In this document: piece by piece, positions 62,834-63,769 of the stretch
Position numbering within the stretch: position 1 is the stretch's first letter
Layout: the number at the start of each line of letters is the position of its first letter
NCBI GenBank assembly: GCA_030637405.1
Contig: DAOWGP010000040.1
Location: forward strand, 1-63,769
Source of the DNA: Candidatus Omnitrophota bacterium
Lineage (GTDB): Bacteria > Omnitrophota > Gorgyraeia > Zapsychrales > Zapsychraceae
Length of the DNA stretch: 63,769 nt
Reading direction: 5' to 3'
The notes under the pieces: model-generated
Databases searched by the model: none
What the model was told of the DNA's origin: nothing
Seen by the model: only the letters and a program-made list of their open reading frames with translations
Made by a program: the position numbers and the translations under genes

Positions 62834-63706
62834 TTAATTCCCCTGAGCGGTTCTTTTTAAATACTCGCCGTAGTTTGTGTTGATTTCACCTGCCAGTTTG
62901 AGCAATTGTTTCTCATCAATAAATTTCATGCGGTAAGCCACTTCTTCAACACAGCCGATCTTCAAACCCTGCCGGTCTTCGATGGTCTTTATAAAAACAG
63001 ACGCGTCGATCAGGGAATCATAAGTGCCGGTATCCAGCCACGCGTATCCGCGGTTTAACCGGACAACCTTTAACGATTTACGCCTAAAATACTCATTATT
63101 GACATCGGTGATCTCCAACTCTCCCCGTTTCGAAGGCGCGATGGACTTTGCGATCGCGACAACGTCATTGTCATAAAAATAAAGCCCCGTAACCGCGTAA
63201 TTGGTTTTCGGAGCCTTTGGCTTTTCCTCAATGGAAATCACATTATCTTGTTTGTCGAATTCGACAACACCATATCTTTGAGCTTCTTTAACGTAGTAAG
63301 CGAAAATCGTCCCGCCGCTGTTTTTTGCCGCCTCCTGAAGAATCTCATGAAATCCATCCCCATAGAAAATATTATCCCCCAAAATAAGGGCAACGTGATC
63401 GTCCCGGATGAATGCCTCACCGATAATAAAAGCATCCGCTATTCCCTTGGGTTCATTCTGCAAAGCATAACTGATATTGATCCCTAACTGGCTTCCATCA
63501 CCCAACAAATCCTTAAATAAAGGCAGCGCCTGCGGCGTGGAAATGATCAAAATGTCGCGGATACCCGCGATCATCAGAATCGAAAGGGGATAATAGATCA
63601 TCGGCTTATCATAAACGGGCAAAAGCTGCTTGCTGACCGTTTTTGTGATCGGATACAATCGTGTCGCCTTACCGCCGGCTAAAATGATTCCTTTTGTTTT
63701 AGACAT
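62834..63706 (-). CDS. rmlA: Glucose-1-phosphate thymidylyltransferase
   Basis: 290 aa with [25 protein letters not shown] and GDNIFYG. RBS GAAGGAG lies upstream. Confidence 0.9.
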   Translation of the reverse strand: MSKTKGIILAGGKATRLYPITKTVSKQLLPVYDKPMIYYPLSILMIAGIRDILIISTPQALPLFKDLLGDGSQLGINISYALQNEPKGIADAFIIGEAFIRDDHVALILGDNIFYGDGFHEILQEAAKNSGGTIFAYYVKEAQRYGVVEFDKQDNVISIEEKPKAPKTNYAVTGLYFYDNDVVAIAKSIAPSKRGELEITDVNNEYFRRKSLKVVRLNRGYAWLDTGTYDSLIDASVFIKTIEDRQGLKIGCVEEVAYRMKFIDEKQLLKLAGEINTNYGEYLKRTAQGN

Positions 63707-63769
63707 TTGAAATTCTCCTTCATAGCCATCTACATATCGTGATTCTCTATTAATATTAATACTATTTAA

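Noticed and set aside
1-63769. Treating the region as a prophage, integrative element or defence island.
   Set aside because: No integrase, transposase, tRNA, phage structural, restriction, CRISPR-Cas or toxin-antitoxin signatures were seen. The only mobile-looking sequences are non-autonomous repeats and the four-helix-bundle cassettes.

Overview
Positions 1270-63706 form one co-directional minus-strand array of about 55 tightly packed, often overlapping genes. Only the first ORF (4-1224) is on the plus strand. The content is a very large exopolysaccharide/glycoconjugate biosynthesis region built around a short exosortase (EpsH-type) and EpsI pair. Next to them is a three-gene unit behind a sigma54-type promoter: a priming sugar-phosphate transferase carrying an embedded PEP-CTERM module, then two tiny PEP-CTERM proteins. 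Immediately downstream lies a GAF histidine kinase / sigma54 enhancer-binding response regulator operon. The rest encodes many GT2/GT4 glycosyltransferases, a Wzx-like flippase, a Wzy/O-antigen-ligase-like protein and CE4/DUF2334-type deacetylases. It also encodes a dlt-like aminoacyl-carrier/MBOAT module, three PaaK/CapK-like adenylating enzymes flanking two dehydrogenases, an ATP-grasp-GT4 fusion and an AsnB-like protein. A GtrA / polyprenyl-P glycosyltransferase / GT-C triad, sugar-nucleotide enzymes and rmlACD complete it. Embedded in the array is a separate module: a 1042-aa secreted beta-helix protein with novel 4-Cys repeats, followed by GspI/J/K-like pseudopilins. Its leader contains a candidate c-di-GMP-I-like riboswitch. 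Intergenic spacers are colonised by three repeat classes. First, four-helix-bundle (23S-IVS/Avd-family) gene cassettes bracketed by inverted arrays of about 11-nt periodic repeats, plus gene-less versions. Second, GTCATTCTG-terminated MITE-like palindromic elements. Third, a two-copy 216/270-nt mosaic hairpin element. No rRNA, tRNA, CRISPR, transposase or integrase was seen. All functional calls come from motifs read by eye and recalled family signatures; no database search was run. Taxonomy cannot be assigned from the sequence alone.
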